From assembly GCA_030744625.1 (NCBI GenBank), contig JASLQF010000005.1:8482-72481 (forward strand): a stretch of 64,000 nucleotides of DNA. The letters run 5' to 3'. Origin of the DNA: Rhodospirillales bacterium (GTDB lineage: Bacteria > Pseudomonadota > Alphaproteobacteria > Rhodospirillales > JASLQF01). Positions 28,665 to 38,889 of this stretch are shown here, piece after piece (within the stretch, counting starts at the first letter, position 1; every line of letters starts with the position of its first letter). Both the position numbers and the translations under genes were made by a program. The notes beneath the pieces are model-generated. The model saw only the letters and a list, made by a program, of their open reading frames with translations. It did no database searches and was not told the origin of the DNA.

Positions 28665-30149
28665 ATGGGGCCGAAGAGCCGGCGACGTGAGGCCCAAATC
28701 GGCACCATCCGCTTCCTCCTGAACGATCAGGTGCGGGAGCTCGACGCCGTCGATCCCAACATGACGGTGCTCAACTACCTGCGCGGGGTAGAACGCAAGA
28801 CCGGCACCAAGGAGGGCTGCGCCGAAGGCGACTGCGGTGCGTGCACAGTGGTCCTGGGCCAAGCCGACGGCAACCGCGTCCGCTACCGGGCGGTCAACGC
28901 CTGCATCCTTTTCGTTCCGGTGCTCGACGGCAAGCAGTTGATTACCGTCGAGGACCTCGCCGCCGCCGACGGCACCCCCCATCCGGCGCAGCGCGCCATC
29001 AGTGAGCTGTCCGGCTCCCAGTGCGGATTTTGCACGCCCGGCTTCGTGATGTCGCTGTTCGCCCTCCACGCGTCCGAGCCCAAACCGTCGCGCCAGAGGA
29101 TCAACGACGTTCTCGCCGGCAACCTCTGCCGGTGCACGGGCTACCGGCCGATTATCGAGGCCGCCCAGAGGATGTACGGCTACGGGGGCGGTGACCGCTT
29201 CGCGGCCCGTCAGAAGGAAACGCTCAAACGGCTGAAGGCGCTGCGCCGCCGAGGCACCCTTGCCCTCGAGGCCAAGGGCCGGCGTTACTTCGCGCCGACC
29301 ACGCTGAACGAGATGGCAAGGCTGTGCAAGGCCCATCCCGACGCCTGCATCCTGGCTGGTGGCACCGATGTCGGCTTGTGGGTGACCAAGGAGCACCGCG
29401 ACCTGGACATCCTCATCTACACCGGCAACGTGCGGGAGCTGGCGAAACTCAAGGTCGCCAACGGCCATATCGACATCGGGGCGGCGGTGACCGTGACCGA
29501 CGCCATGGACGTCATCGCCCGGCACTATCCGCGCTTCGGCGAGCTCCTGCGCCGCTTCGCCTCGGTTCAGATCCGCAACTCCGGCACCATCGGCGGCAAC
29601 GTCGCCAACGGCTCGCCGATCGGCGATTCCATGCCCGCCCTCATCGCCTTGGGCTCGAGCGTGGTATTGCGCCACGGGCCCAGGTTCCGCGAGGTGCCTC
29701 TCGATGATTTCTACCTCGGTTACCGCGAGACCGACCTCAGGCCCGGGGAGTTTGTCGAGCGCGTCCGCGTACCGGTGAAATCGGCGGCCCGGCGCTTCGG
29801 CGCCTACAAGATATCGAAGCGCTTCGATCAGGATATCTCGGGGGTCTTGGGGGCCTACGCGCTGGAGCTCGACGGTGGCCAGGTGCGCGACATCCGCATC
29901 TGCTATGGGGGCATGGCGGCGGTCCCCAAAAGGGCCGTCAGATGCGAGAAGGCGCTGATCGGCCAAAGCTGGTCGGACGGCGCCGTGGCGCGCGCCATGC
30001 AGGCCCTGGACGCCGACTTCCAGCCCCTGACCGACATGCGGGCGAGCGCCGACTACCGCATGCTTGTCGCCAAGAACCTCTTGCGCAAGTTCTGGATGGA
30101 GACGACGAACCCCGGGGTGGGTCTCGACGTCGTCTCCTACGGGAGCTGA
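28665..30149 (+). CDS. xdhA: Xanthine dehydrogenase small subunit (2Fe-2S + FAD)
   Basis: Track ORF 28602..30149, with an in-frame ATG at 28665 after GGGAGGGGA. IRFLLND start, CAEGDCGACTV and CGFCTPG Fe-S motifs, followed by an FAD-binding domain. Confidence 0.9.
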   Translation: MGPKSRRREAQIGTIRFLLNDQVRELDAVDPNMTVLNYLRGVERKTGTKEGCAEGDCGACTVVLGQADGNRVRYRAVNACILFVPVLDGKQLITVEDLAAADGTPHPAQRAISELSGSQCGFCTPGFVMSLFALHASEPKPSRQRINDVLAGNLCRCTGYRPIIEAAQRMYGYGGGDRFAARQKETLKRLKALRRRGTLALEAKGRRYFAPTTLNEMARLCKAHPDACILAGGTDVGLWVTKEHRDLDILIYTGNVRELAKLKVANGHIDIGAAVTVTDAMDVIARHYPRFGELLRRFASVQIRNSGTIGGNVANGSPIGDSMPALIALGSSVVLRHGPRFREVPLDDFYLGYRETDLRPGEFVERVRVPVKSAARRFGAYKISKRFDQDISGVLGAYALELDGGQVRDIRICYGGMAAVPKRAVRCEKALIGQSWSDGAVARAMQALDADFQPLTDMRASADYRMLVAKNLLRKFWMETTNPGVGLDVVSYGS

Positions 30150-30152
30150 GCC

Positions 30153-32504
30153 ATGGCCAGGCGCGCCACGCAAGCCATCTCGGGCGGCGTCTACGAGAAC
30201 CTGGTCCATGACAGCGCCCACAAGCACGTCAGCGGCGCCGCCCTCTACGTTGATGACATTCCCGAGCCGCCTGGTCTTCTCCACGCCGCCTTCGGCCAAA
30301 GCGCGCGCGCCCACGCGCGCATCAAGAAGCTCGACCTGGCGCCCGTGCGGGCGGCGCCCGGGGTCGTCGCCGTGATCGCGGCGGGCGACGTGCCCGGCGC
30401 CAACAACATCGGCCCGGTGGTGGCCGACGAGCCCATATTCGCCGACGGTCTCGTCGAATTCGTCGGTCAGTCGATGTTCGCGGTGGCAGCCCGCACCCTC
30501 GAGGAGACGCGGCGCGCGGCGCGCCTGGCGGTGGTCGACTATAAAGACCTGAAACCCATTCTCACCGTCGATCAGGCGATGGCCGCGCAGTCCTTCGTAC
30601 TGCCGCCGCACCGCATGAAGCGCGGCGACACGCGCCGCGCCCTGGCCCGGGCGCCGCACCGCCTGAAGCGGCGGCTCGAGATGGGCGGCCAGGAGCACTT
30701 CTACCTGGAAGGACAGGTCAGCCTCGCCGTGCCCGCCGAGGACGGCGACATGGTGGTCTACACCTCGTCCCAGCACCCCACCGAGATCCAGCATCTGGTC
30801 GCCAAGGCGCTGGGCCTGAGGGACAACGCGGTGACCGTCGAGGTGCGGCGCATGGGCGGAGGCTTCGGCGGCAAGGAGACCCAGGCCGCGCTTTTCGCCG
30901 TCGGCGCCGCCTTGCTGGCCGACAAGACCGGGCGCCCGGTCAAGGTATGCATCGACCGCGACGACGACATGGTGATGACCGGAAAGCGCCACCACTTCGT
31001 CACCGATTACGAGGTCGGCTTCGACGACGACGGCCGCATCCTGGGCATCGAGTTCGAATTGGCGGCGCGTTGCGGCATGTCGGCCGACCTGTCGGGGGCC
31101 ATCTGCGACCGCGCCATGTTCCACAGCGACAACAGCTATTACCTGGAAAACGCCGTCATCGACAGTTACCGGTGCAAGACCAACACGGTCTCCGACACGG
31201 CGTTCAGGGGCTTCGGCGGTCCCCAGGGCATGATGGGTATCGAGGACGCCGTCGACGAGATCGCGCGCTACCTGGTCAAGGATCCGCTCGATGTGCGGCG
31301 CCTCAATTTTTACGGGACCAAGGACCGCAACGTCACGCCCTACCACATGGTTGTCGACGACAACATCATCGGCGAAATCGTCGACACCCTGGAGGCGTCG
31401 TCGGATTACCGGAAGCGGCGCGAGGCGGTGAAGGCCTTCAACAGCGAGAGCCCGGTCCTCAAGAAGGGCATCGCCCTGACGCCTTTGAAGTTCGGGATTG
31501 CGTTCACGGCCACACAGATGAACCAGGCGGGGGCGCTCGTCCACGTCTACACCGACGGCAGCGTGCATCTCAATCATGGCGGTACCGAGATGGGCCAGGG
31601 CCTGTTGACCAAGGTCGCCCAGATCGTCGCCGAGGAGTTCCAGATCGACGCCGACCGCGTCAAGATCACGGCGACCAATACCGGCAAGGTGCCCAACACC
31701 TCGCCGACCGCCGCCTCGTCGGGAACCGACCTCAACGGCGCCGCGGCCCAGGTGGCGGCGCGTACCATAAGAAAACGTCTCGCCTCCTTCGCCGCCGAGC
31801 ATTATGGGGTCAAGGCCGCTAACGTCGTCTTCCGCGCCAACAAGGTGAAGGTGGGCAGGCGCACCCTGGCCTTCGAGGAATTGGTGTGGGAGGCCTACCG
31901 GGCGCGTGTGTCCCTGTCCTCGACCGGTTACTTCCGTACCCCGGTCATTCACTACGACCGCGACAAGGCGCGCGGCCGGCCCTTCCGCTATTTCGCCTAC
32001 GGTGCCGCCGTTTCCGAAGTGATCATCGATACCCTGACCGGCGAGAACAAGCTGCTGCGCGCCGATATCCTTCACGACGCCGGCAAGTCCATCAATCCGA
32101 CCATCGACCTCGGCCAGGTGGAGGGTGGCTTCGTGCAGGGCATGGGATGGCTCACCATGGAGGAGCTGTGGTGGGACGATGCGGGCCGACTCATGACCCA
32201 TGCGCCCTCCACCTACAAGATTCCCGTGGCCAGCGACGTGCCCGCCGATTTCCGTGTCCAGCTCCTCGAGACGGGCCGCAACCGCACCAATGTGGTGTAC
32301 CGCTCGAAAGCGGTGGGCGAGCCGCCCCTGATGCTGGGCATATCGGTGTTCCACGCCATCAAGGACGCCATCGCCAGCGTCGGCGACTACCGCTTCAGCC
32401 CAAGGCTCGATTCCCCGGCCACCCCGGAACGCATCCTCATGACCGTCGAGGCCCTGCGCGCGCGCCTGTCGTCGGCGGCCGATGATGCACGAGCCGCCGA
32501 ATGA
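30153..32504 (+). CDS. xdhB: Xanthine dehydrogenase molybdopterin-binding subunit
   Basis: Track ORF of 783 aa. HDSAHKHVSGAALYVDD start, GGGFGGKE and the molybdopterin domain pattern. It begins 3 nt after xdhA. Confidence 0.9.
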   Translation: MARRATQAISGGVYENLVHDSAHKHVSGAALYVDDIPEPPGLLHAAFGQSARAHARIKKLDLAPVRAAPGVVAVIAAGDVPGANNIGPVVADEPIFADGLVEFVGQSMFAVAARTLEETRRAARLAVVDYKDLKPILTVDQAMAAQSFVLPPHRMKRGDTRRALARAPHRLKRRLEMGGQEHFYLEGQVSLAVPAEDGDMVVYTSSQHPTEIQHLVAKALGLRDNAVTVEVRRMGGGFGGKETQAALFAVGAALLADKTGRPVKVCIDRDDDMVMTGKRHHFVTDYEVGFDDDGRILGIEFELAARCGMSADLSGAICDRAMFHSDNSYYLENAVIDSYRCKTNTVSDTAFRGFGGPQGMMGIEDAVDEIARYLVKDPLDVRRLNFYGTKDRNVTPYHMVVDDNIIGEIVDTLEASSDYRKRREAVKAFNSESPVLKKGIALTPLKFGIAFTATQMNQAGALVHVYTDGSVHLNHGGTEMGQGLLTKVAQIVAEEFQIDADRVKITATNTGKVPNTSPTAASSGTDLNGAAAQVAARTIRKRLASFAAEHYGVKAANVVFRANKVKVGRRTLAFEELVWEAYRARVSLSSTGYFRTPVIHYDRDKARGRPFRYFAYGAAVSEVIIDTLTGENKLLRADILHDAGKSINPTIDLGQVEGGFVQGMGWLTMEELWWDDAGRLMTHAPSTYKIPVASDVPADFRVQLLETGRNRTNVVYRSKAVGEPPLMLGISVFHAIKDAIASVGDYRFSPRLDSPATPERILMTVEALRARLSSAADDARAAE

Positions 32505-33589
32505 CCGACTGGATCAAAAATCTGGCGGCGCTCGTGGAAAGTGGTACGCAGGGCGTCGTGGTTACGGTGGCGGCGGTCGACGGATCGACGCCGCGCGAAG
32601 CCGGTGCCAAGATGATCGTCACTGCCGTCGACGCCCGGGGCTCCATCGGCGGCGGGCACCTGGAATACAAGACCATCGAAGAGGCGCGCCGAATGATGGC
32701 CGAAGGCGCCGATGTGCCCATGCTGCGCACCTACCCGCTCGGCCCCGAGCTCGGCCAATGCTGTGGCGGCCTTACCTCGGTGCTGTTCGAGCCCATGGCC
32801 GGCCACGGATCGATGCCCGAGTGGCTTGACCGGTTGTCTGGGCGGCGGGCGGCGGGGGCGGTGTCGGTGCTCGCCACGTGCGCGCGTAGCGGCCGCAAAA
32901 TGGTGGTCGGTAAGGACGGCGCCGAGGGGACGCTCGGCGATGCCGCGACCGATGCAAGACTCCGGAAACTGGCGCGCCGAAGCCTGACGACACTTTCCGC
33001 CGGCGCCACACTGACCGACGGCGAAGGTGCCGCCGCCCTCGGCCACGAAGAGAGCGGGCTGTTCCTGCTGGAGCCGGTGGCCTCGGCGGGGCTGGTGCTT
33101 TATCTGTTCGGTGCCGGGCACGTGGGCAAGGCGCTGGTCTCGGTGCTCGCCGGTCTGCCCTGCGATATTACCTGGATCGATTCACGGGCCGACCAATTCC
33201 CCGGCCAGGTGCCGGACAACGTGCGCGCCGAAATCTCGGAGGCGCCGGAGGGTGCCGTCGAGCGGGCCCCGGCGGGCGCCTATTTCCTGGTGATGACGCA
33301 CAGCCACCAGCTCGACTACGAGATTTGCGAGATAATATTGCGGCGCGGGGATTTCGCGTACCTCGGCCTCATCGGCTCGCGCACCAAACGCAAGCGCTTC
33401 GAGCAACGCCTGTCGCGCAAGGGGGTGGCGCCGGAGACCCTGGCGCGGGTGACGTGCCCGATCGGCATCGAGGGCCTCTCGGGCAAGCATCCGCGGGAAA
33501 TCGCCATCGCCGCCGCCGAGATTCTGCAAATTCACGGCGCCACGGTTGGCGCGGCGGGACGGATGCCCGCCCCGGCGCGGTCGGCTTGA
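32501..33589 (+). CDS. xdhC: Xanthine dehydrogenase accessory/maturation protein XdhC
   Basis: Track ORF of 362 aa. ATGA overlap with xdhB. GSTPREAGAKM and LYLFGAGHVG Rossmann-like motifs. Confidence 0.8.
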   Translation: MTDWIKNLAALVESGTQGVVVTVAAVDGSTPREAGAKMIVTAVDARGSIGGGHLEYKTIEEARRMMAEGADVPMLRTYPLGPELGQCCGGLTSVLFEPMAGHGSMPEWLDRLSGRRAAGAVSVLATCARSGRKMVVGKDGAEGTLGDAATDARLRKLARRSLTTLSAGATLTDGEGAAALGHEESGLFLLEPVASAGLVLYLFGAGHVGKALVSVLAGLPCDITWIDSRADQFPGQVPDNVRAEISEAPEGAVERAPAGAYFLVMTHSHQLDYEICEIILRRGDFAYLGLIGSRTKRKRFEQRLSRKGVAPETLARVTCPIGIEGLSGKHPREIAIAAAEILQIHGATVGAAGRMPAPARSA

Positions 33590-33601
33590 GGGAAGCCCCC
33601 C

Positions 33602-34072
33602 ATGGATGAACGGGACTTCATGAAACGCGCCATTTCGATCTCCCGGGAGATGATGCTTGGGCTCAAGGGAGGCCCCTTCGGCGCCGTCGTGGTCAAGGAC
33701 GGCGAGATCGTCGCCGAGGGGCACAACCAGGTGACGACGGCCAACGACCCCACCGCCCACGCCGAAGTGGTGGCGATCCGCGAGGCGTGCCGGGTGTTGG
33801 GCACCTTCAATCTGGAGGGTTGCGAGATTTATGCCAGTTGCGAGCCTTGCCCGATGTGCTTGAGCGCTATCTATTGGGCGCGCCTGGGGCGCATCTATTA
33901 CGGCAATTCCCGCCTCGACGCGGCCGGCATCGGGTTTGACGACGAGTTCCTTTACGTCGAGGTGGCGAAGCCCATCGAAAAGCGCGAAATCCCGACCGTC
34001 CGGATCATGGCGGAAGAGGCGCTCGGCGTGTTCGAGGAATGGGAGGCGATGCCGGACAAGGTTCGTTACTAG
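33602..34072 (+). CDS. guaD: Guanine deaminase (CDA-fold, GuaD-type)
   Basis: Track ORF of 156 aa. HAEVVAIREA and PCPMCLSAIYWA zinc motifs, in a purine-cluster context. Confidence 0.75.
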   Translation: MDERDFMKRAISISREMMLGLKGGPFGAVVVKDGEIVAEGHNQVTTANDPTAHAEVVAIREACRVLGTFNLEGCEIYASCEPCPMCLSAIYWARLGRIYYGNSRLDAAGIGFDDEFLYVEVAKPIEKREIPTVRIMAEEALGVFEEWEAMPDKVRY

Positions 34073-34075
34073 GCC

Positions 34076-35659
34076 TTGAAAGCAGGGAGTACGATGACGT
34101 CACAGGCAACAAATCCAGGCCCCGCCGCGACCCCGCAGTTGGAGCTTCGGGGCATCGTCAAGCAGTACCCGGGGACCCTCGCCAACGACGACATCGACCT
34201 CACGGTCATGCCCGGCGAGGTGCACGCGCTGCTCGGCGAAAACGGCGCCGGCAAGAGTACGCTGGTGAAGATCATCTACGGCGTCGTGCAGGCCGACGCC
34301 GGTGAGATTCACTGGAACGGCGAAAGGCTCAACATCAGCAATCCGGCGCAGGCGCGCCACCTCGGCATCGGCATGGTGTTTCAGCATTTCAACCTGTTCG
34401 ACACCCTGACGGTGGCCGAGAACATCGCGCTCTGCGTCGAGGACAGCCGCGACCTCGCCAAGCTGGCAGAGCAGGTGAGTGCCGTTTCCGAGCGCTACGG
34501 CCTGCCCATAGACCCCAGGCGTCACGTCCACACCCTGTCGGTGGGCGAACGGCAGAGGGTCGAAATAATCCGCTGCCTCCTCCAGAATCCGAAGTTGTTG
34601 ATCATGGACGAGCCGACCTCGGTGCTGACGCCCCAAGAGGTCGAGGTCTTGTTCCAGACCCTGAGGCGGTTGGCCGGCGAGGGCTGCTCGATCCTCTACA
34701 TCAGCCACAAGCTCGACGAGATCAAGGAGTTGTGCGAAAGGGCGACGGTGCTCAGGGGCGGAAAGGTCACCGCCACCTGCGACCCCCGCCGGGAAACGCC
34801 GAAGAGCCTCGCCGAGATGATGATCGGCAGCGAACTGCCGGTCTGCCAGAACGTCGATGGCGGAGACCGGGGCGAGGTCTGCCTCGAGGTCGATGGTCTT
34901 TCCCTGCCCGCCGACGATCCATTCGGGACCGAGCTCACCGAGATCCACCTGAATATCAGGGGTGGCGAGATCGTCGGCATCGCCGGCGTCGCCGGCAACG
35001 GCCAAAAGGAACTCCTGCAGGCCCTGAGCGGCGAAATGAAGGCGACCCACGCCAACGATATCCGCATCGCCGGCACGCCGGCCGGGCATCTGCCACCCGG
35101 CCACCGGCGTGGCGAGGGATTGGCCTTCGTGCCCGAGGAACGCCTGGGCCGGGGCGCCGTCCCCGAAATGAGCATGTCGGACAACACCCTGCTGACCACC
35201 TACCAGAAGGACATGGTGCGTAGCGGCTTCATCCAGTTCGATCGCATCGACGAATACTGCAAGACCGTTGTCGATGACTTCAACGTGGTTTGCGCCGGCA
35301 ACCACGCCGAGGCGCGCAGCCTGTCGGGCGGCAATCTTCAGAAGTTCATCATCGGGCGCGAGATACTTCTCGGACCCAAGCTCCTGATCCTGGCTCACCC
35401 CACGTGGGGTGTCGACGTCGGCGCCGCCACCCTGATCCGCCAGGCCATCATCGACTTGCGCAACAAGGGTACGGCGGTGCTCGTGGTGTCCGAGGACCTG
35501 GAGGAATTGTTCGAGATCAGCGACCGCATCGCGGTGATCTCGAACGGGCGGCTGTCGCCGGCGCGGCGCACCGGCGACACCGACGTCGAGGAGGTGGGCC
35601 GCTGGATGGCCGGAATGTTCGACACGGCCGGCAGCGGGGAGGGGCACCATGCAGCTTAG
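34076..35659 (+). CDS. ABC transporter ATP-binding protein (tandem ATPase domains, nucleoside/purine BMP-type system)
   Basis: Track ORF of 527 aa. GENGAGKST Walker A, LSVGERQR signature and a second degenerate domain with LSGGNLQK. The start could instead be the ATG at 34094. Confidence 0.85.
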   Translation: MKAGSTMTSQATNPGPAATPQLELRGIVKQYPGTLANDDIDLTVMPGEVHALLGENGAGKSTLVKIIYGVVQADAGEIHWNGERLNISNPAQARHLGIGMVFQHFNLFDTLTVAENIALCVEDSRDLAKLAEQVSAVSERYGLPIDPRRHVHTLSVGERQRVEIIRCLLQNPKLLIMDEPTSVLTPQEVEVLFQTLRRLAGEGCSILYISHKLDEIKELCERATVLRGGKVTATCDPRRETPKSLAEMMIGSELPVCQNVDGGDRGEVCLEVDGLSLPADDPFGTELTEIHLNIRGGEIVGIAGVAGNGQKELLQALSGEMKATHANDIRIAGTPAGHLPPGHRRGEGLAFVPEERLGRGAVPEMSMSDNTLLTTYQKDMVRSGFIQFDRIDEYCKTVVDDFNVVCAGNHAEARSLSGGNLQKFIIGREILLGPKLLILAHPTWGVDVGAATLIRQAIIDLRNKGTAVLVVSEDLEELFEISDRIAVISNGRLSPARRTGDTDVEEVGRWMAGMFDTAGSGEGHHAA

Positions 35660-36728
35660 GCTGGAACCCCGTGCCATGCCGTCGAAATGGCTGCGCTATT
35701 CGTCGCCCCTGATCGCGCTGGCCCTGACCTTGGTGTTCGGGGTGATCCTGTTCAGCGCGCTGGGGCAGAATCCCGCCGTGGCGCTCTACACGTTCTTCAT
35801 CCGCCCGATCGGCACCCTCTACGGGCTCTCCGAGCTGTGCATTAAGGCGGCGCCGCTTCTGCTGTGCGCCGTCGGCCTGGCCATCGGTTTCCGCGGCAAC
35901 GTCTGGAACATCGGCGCCGAGGGACAGCTCACCATGGGCGCCATCTGCGGCGGCGGCCTGGCGTTGGCGTTCTACGGCGACGAGGGGCCGTGGCTGTTGC
36001 CGCTGATGATCGTCGGCGGCGGCCTCGGCGGCATGGCGTGGGGGGCCATTCCGGCGTTCCTGAAGACCCGCTTCAACGCCAACGAGATTCTCACCAGCCT
36101 CATGCTCACCTACGTGGCCATCCAGGTGCTGGGCTATCTGGTGCACGGGCCGTGGCGCGATCCCGAGGGGTTCAACTTTCCGGAGACGCGGCTGTTCGGC
36201 GAAGACGCCCTGCTGCCCGTCCTCATCGAGGGCACGCGCTTTCATTTCGGCGTCGTGCTGGCGGTGCTCGCCGCGATGATCGGGTGGGTGTTCGTGACCC
36301 GCACCTTCGCCGGGTTCCAGATCAAGGTGGTGGGCCAGGCCATGGCCGCCGCCAATTACGCCGGCTACAGCGGCAATCGGGTGGTGTGGACGGGCTTCCT
36401 CATCGGCGGCGGTCTGGCCGGATTGGCGGGGCTCGGCGAGGTCGCCGGCCCCATGGGACAGCTCAACCCGACCATTTCGCCGGGCTACGGATTTGCCGCC
36501 ATCATCGTCGCCTTCCTGGGCCGGCTTCATCCGGCCGGGGTGCTGTTGGCCAGCTTGCTGATGGCGCTCATGTACCTGGGGGGCGAGTCCCTGCAGATGA
36601 ACCTCAACCTGCCCCTTGCCATCACCGGCGTCTTCCAGGGCACGCTGTTGTTTTTCGTGCTCGCCTCGGACGTCTTTATCCGCTTTCGCGTCAAGCTCGT
36701 ACACAACGTTCCCAGGACCGCCCCGTGA
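35649..36728 (+). CDS. ABC transporter permease (BMP-type system)
   Basis: Track ORF of 359 aa. Polytopic, with a WNIGAEGQ motif. It overlaps the ATPase gene by 11 nt. Confidence 0.8.
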   Translation: MQLRLEPRAMPSKWLRYSSPLIALALTLVFGVILFSALGQNPAVALYTFFIRPIGTLYGLSELCIKAAPLLLCAVGLAIGFRGNVWNIGAEGQLTMGAICGGGLALAFYGDEGPWLLPLMIVGGGLGGMAWGAIPAFLKTRFNANEILTSLMLTYVAIQVLGYLVHGPWRDPEGFNFPETRLFGEDALLPVLIEGTRFHFGVVLAVLAAMIGWVFVTRTFAGFQIKVVGQAMAAANYAGYSGNRVVWTGFLIGGGLAGLAGLGEVAGPMGQLNPTISPGYGFAAIIVAFLGRLHPAGVLLASLLMALMYLGGESLQMNLNLPLAITGVFQGTLLFFVLASDVFIRFRVKLVHNVPRTAP

Positions 36729-37657
36729 TGGCCGAGATCGATACCATCGTCGCCATCCTCGTCGCCACCATGCGCGCCGGGACGCCGCTGCTGTTTGCTG
36801 CGTTGGGCGAACTGATCACGGAGAAAGCGGGCGTCCTCAACCTCGGCATCGAGGGCATGATGCTGGTCGGCGCCGTCGCCGGGTTCATCGCCATGGTGCT
36901 CACCGGCAGCCCGCTGATCGGCGTCCTCGCCGCCATGGCGGCTGGAATGGCCATGTCCGGGCTGTTCGGGTTCCTCACCCTGACACTGATGGCCAACCAG
37001 GTGGCGACGGGCCTGGCGCTCACCATCTTTGGCGTCGGGCTCAGCGCTTTCGTGGGCCTCGGCTACATCGGCAACCCCATTCAAGGCCTCCCCGGTCTGG
37101 CCATCCCGGTGCTCGGCGACATCCCCGTCCTCGGGTCCCTGCTCTTCAACCATGACCCGCTGGTGTACGTCTCCTTGGTCCTGCTCGCCGCGGTGACGTG
37201 GTTCCTTTACAGGTCGCGGGCCGGGCTCATCCTGCGCGCCGTCGGCGAATCCCACGAGGCGGCGCACGCCATCGGCTATTCGGTGCTGAAGATCCGCTAC
37301 CTGGCTGTCCTTTTCGGGGGCGCCACCAGCGGCATCGCCGGCGCCTACCTGTCGCTCGTCTACACGCCGCAGTGGGCCGAGAACATGACGGCGGGGCGCG
37401 GTTGGATCGCGCTGGCGCTGGTGGTGTTCGCCACTTGGCGGCCGGCGCGGGTCCTGCTCGGCGCCTATCTGTTCGGCGGCATCACCATCATGGGGCTGCA
37501 CGTCCAGGCGGCGGGGTTCGCCATCTCCTCGCACCTGGTCGCCACCTTGCCCTATCTGGCCACCGTCCTGGTGCTGGTCCTGATCTCGCGCGACGCCACC
37601 CGCATCAAGCTCAACGCGCCGGCCGCCCTCGGTAAGCCGTTCCACTCCAGCGGATAG
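36728..37657 (+). CDS. ABC transporter permease (BMP-type system, second subunit)
   Basis: In-frame ATG at 36728 within track ORF 35864..37657, overlapping the previous TGA by 1 nt. MAEIDTIVAILVATMRAGTPLLFAALGELITEKAGVLNLGIEGMM. Confidence 0.8.
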   Translation: MAEIDTIVAILVATMRAGTPLLFAALGELITEKAGVLNLGIEGMMLVGAVAGFIAMVLTGSPLIGVLAAMAAGMAMSGLFGFLTLTLMANQVATGLALTIFGVGLSAFVGLGYIGNPIQGLPGLAIPVLGDIPVLGSLLFNHDPLVYVSLVLLAAVTWFLYRSRAGLILRAVGESHEAAHAIGYSVLKIRYLAVLFGGATSGIAGAYLSLVYTPQWAENMTAGRGWIALALVVFATWRPARVLLGAYLFGGITIMGLHVQAAGFAISSHLVATLPYLATVLVLVLISRDATRIKLNAPAALGKPFHSSG

Positions 37658-37729
37658 GGCGTAAACTGGCGACAGGAGTCACTCATCGACGTTCATCATA
37701 ACCCCACCATCAAACACAGGGAGGAATCC

Positions 37730-38824
37730 ATGCATTCGAATAAACACTTCAAGGGCCTGGTGGCTGCCATGTTTGTTGTCGCGCTGGCCGCCGTGGGCGG
37801 CGCGCCGGCAGCCAAGGCGGCGGAACAACTCAAGATCGGCTTCGTCTACGTCAGCCCCGTCGGCGACGCCGGCTGGACCTTCCAGCACGACATCAGCCGC
37901 AAGGACCTGGAGAAGGCGCTGGGCGCTAAGGTGAAGACGAGCTTCGTCGAGAGCGTGCCGGAAGGGGCGGACGCCGAGCGCGTCATCCGCGAATTCGCCG
38001 CCTCGGGCCACAAGCTGGTATTCACCACCTCGTTCGGCTACATGAACCCGACCATCAAGGTCGCCAAGCGGTTCCCGGGCGTCACCTTCGAGCACGCCAC
38101 CGGCTACAAGCACGCCAAGAACGTCGGCACCTATCTGGCGCGCTTCTACGAGGGGCGCTACCTGACCGGCATCGTCGCCGGCAAGATGACCAAGTCGAAC
38201 AAGATCGGCTACGTCGCCGCCTTCCCCATCCCCGAAGTGGTGCGCGGTATCAATGCCTTCACCATGGGCTTGCGCAGCGTCAACCCCAAGGCCCAGGTCA
38301 ACGTGGTATGGGTGAGCTCCTGGTACGATCCCGGCAAGGAGCGCGAGGCCGCCGAGACCCTGATCGCCCAGGGCGCCGACGTGGTCACCCAGCACACCGA
38401 CTCGACCGCCCCCGTGCAGGCCGCCGAGGACAAGGGCGTCTACGCCATCGGCTATCACTCCGACATGTCCAAGTACGGCAAGAAGGCGCACCTGACCGCC
38501 GCCACCCACTACTGGGGCGGCCACTACATCGCCGCCGCCAAGGCGGTGATGGCCGGCACCTGGAAGTCGCAAGGCATCTGGGGCGGCATCAAGGAGGGCA
38601 TGATCAAGCTGGCGCCCTACGGCCCCGCCGTGCCCGCCGACGTGCGCGCGCTGGCCGACGCCAAGGGCAAGGAAATCGCCTCGGGCAAGCTCCATCCCTT
38701 CCAGGGGCCGGTCAAGGACCAGTCGGGCAAGGTCCGCATCCCGGCCGGCCAGACCATGTCCGACAAGGACATGCTGGGCTTCAAGTGGTACGTGGAAGGC
38801 GTCATTGGCGAACTGCCGAAGTGA
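37730..38824 (+). CDS. BMP-family (Med/PnrA-like) periplasmic substrate-binding protein
   Basis: Track ORF of 364 aa. Signal peptide, then IGFVYVSPVGDAGWT...GYVAAFPIPEVVRGINAF. Confidence 0.8.
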   Translation: MHSNKHFKGLVAAMFVVALAAVGGAPAAKAAEQLKIGFVYVSPVGDAGWTFQHDISRKDLEKALGAKVKTSFVESVPEGADAERVIREFAASGHKLVFTTSFGYMNPTIKVAKRFPGVTFEHATGYKHAKNVGTYLARFYEGRYLTGIVAGKMTKSNKIGYVAAFPIPEVVRGINAFTMGLRSVNPKAQVNVVWVSSWYDPGKEREAAETLIAQGADVVTQHTDSTAPVQAAEDKGVYAIGYHSDMSKYGKKAHLTAATHYWGGHYIAAAKAVMAGTWKSQGIWGGIKEGMIKLAPYGPAVPADVRALADAKGKEIASGKLHPFQGPVKDQSGKVRIPAGQTMSDKDMLGFKWYVEGVIGELPK

Positions 38825-38845
38825 GCGCCGACCCGCTCAACAATC

Positions 38846-38883
38846 GACCCCGCCGCTCTTTCGAGCGCGCGGGGTCTTTTTTT
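38846..38883 (+). terminator. Rho-independent terminator closing the xdh-ABC operon (sits between convergent genes)
   Basis: GACCCCGCCGCTC-TTTC-GAGCG(C)GCGGGGTC forms a 13-bp stem with one bulge, followed by T7 (38877-38883). An A-rich tract is absent on the other side, so it is mainly plus-strand. Confidence 0.75.
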
Positions 38884-38889
38884 GGATTT

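Noticed and set aside
28617-32354. 1245-aa minus-strand ORF antisense to xdhA/xdhB
   Set aside because: Same reasoning: low-complexity Gly/Ala/Arg/Val composition with no motifs, while the sense strand encodes unmistakable xanthine dehydrogenase subunits.
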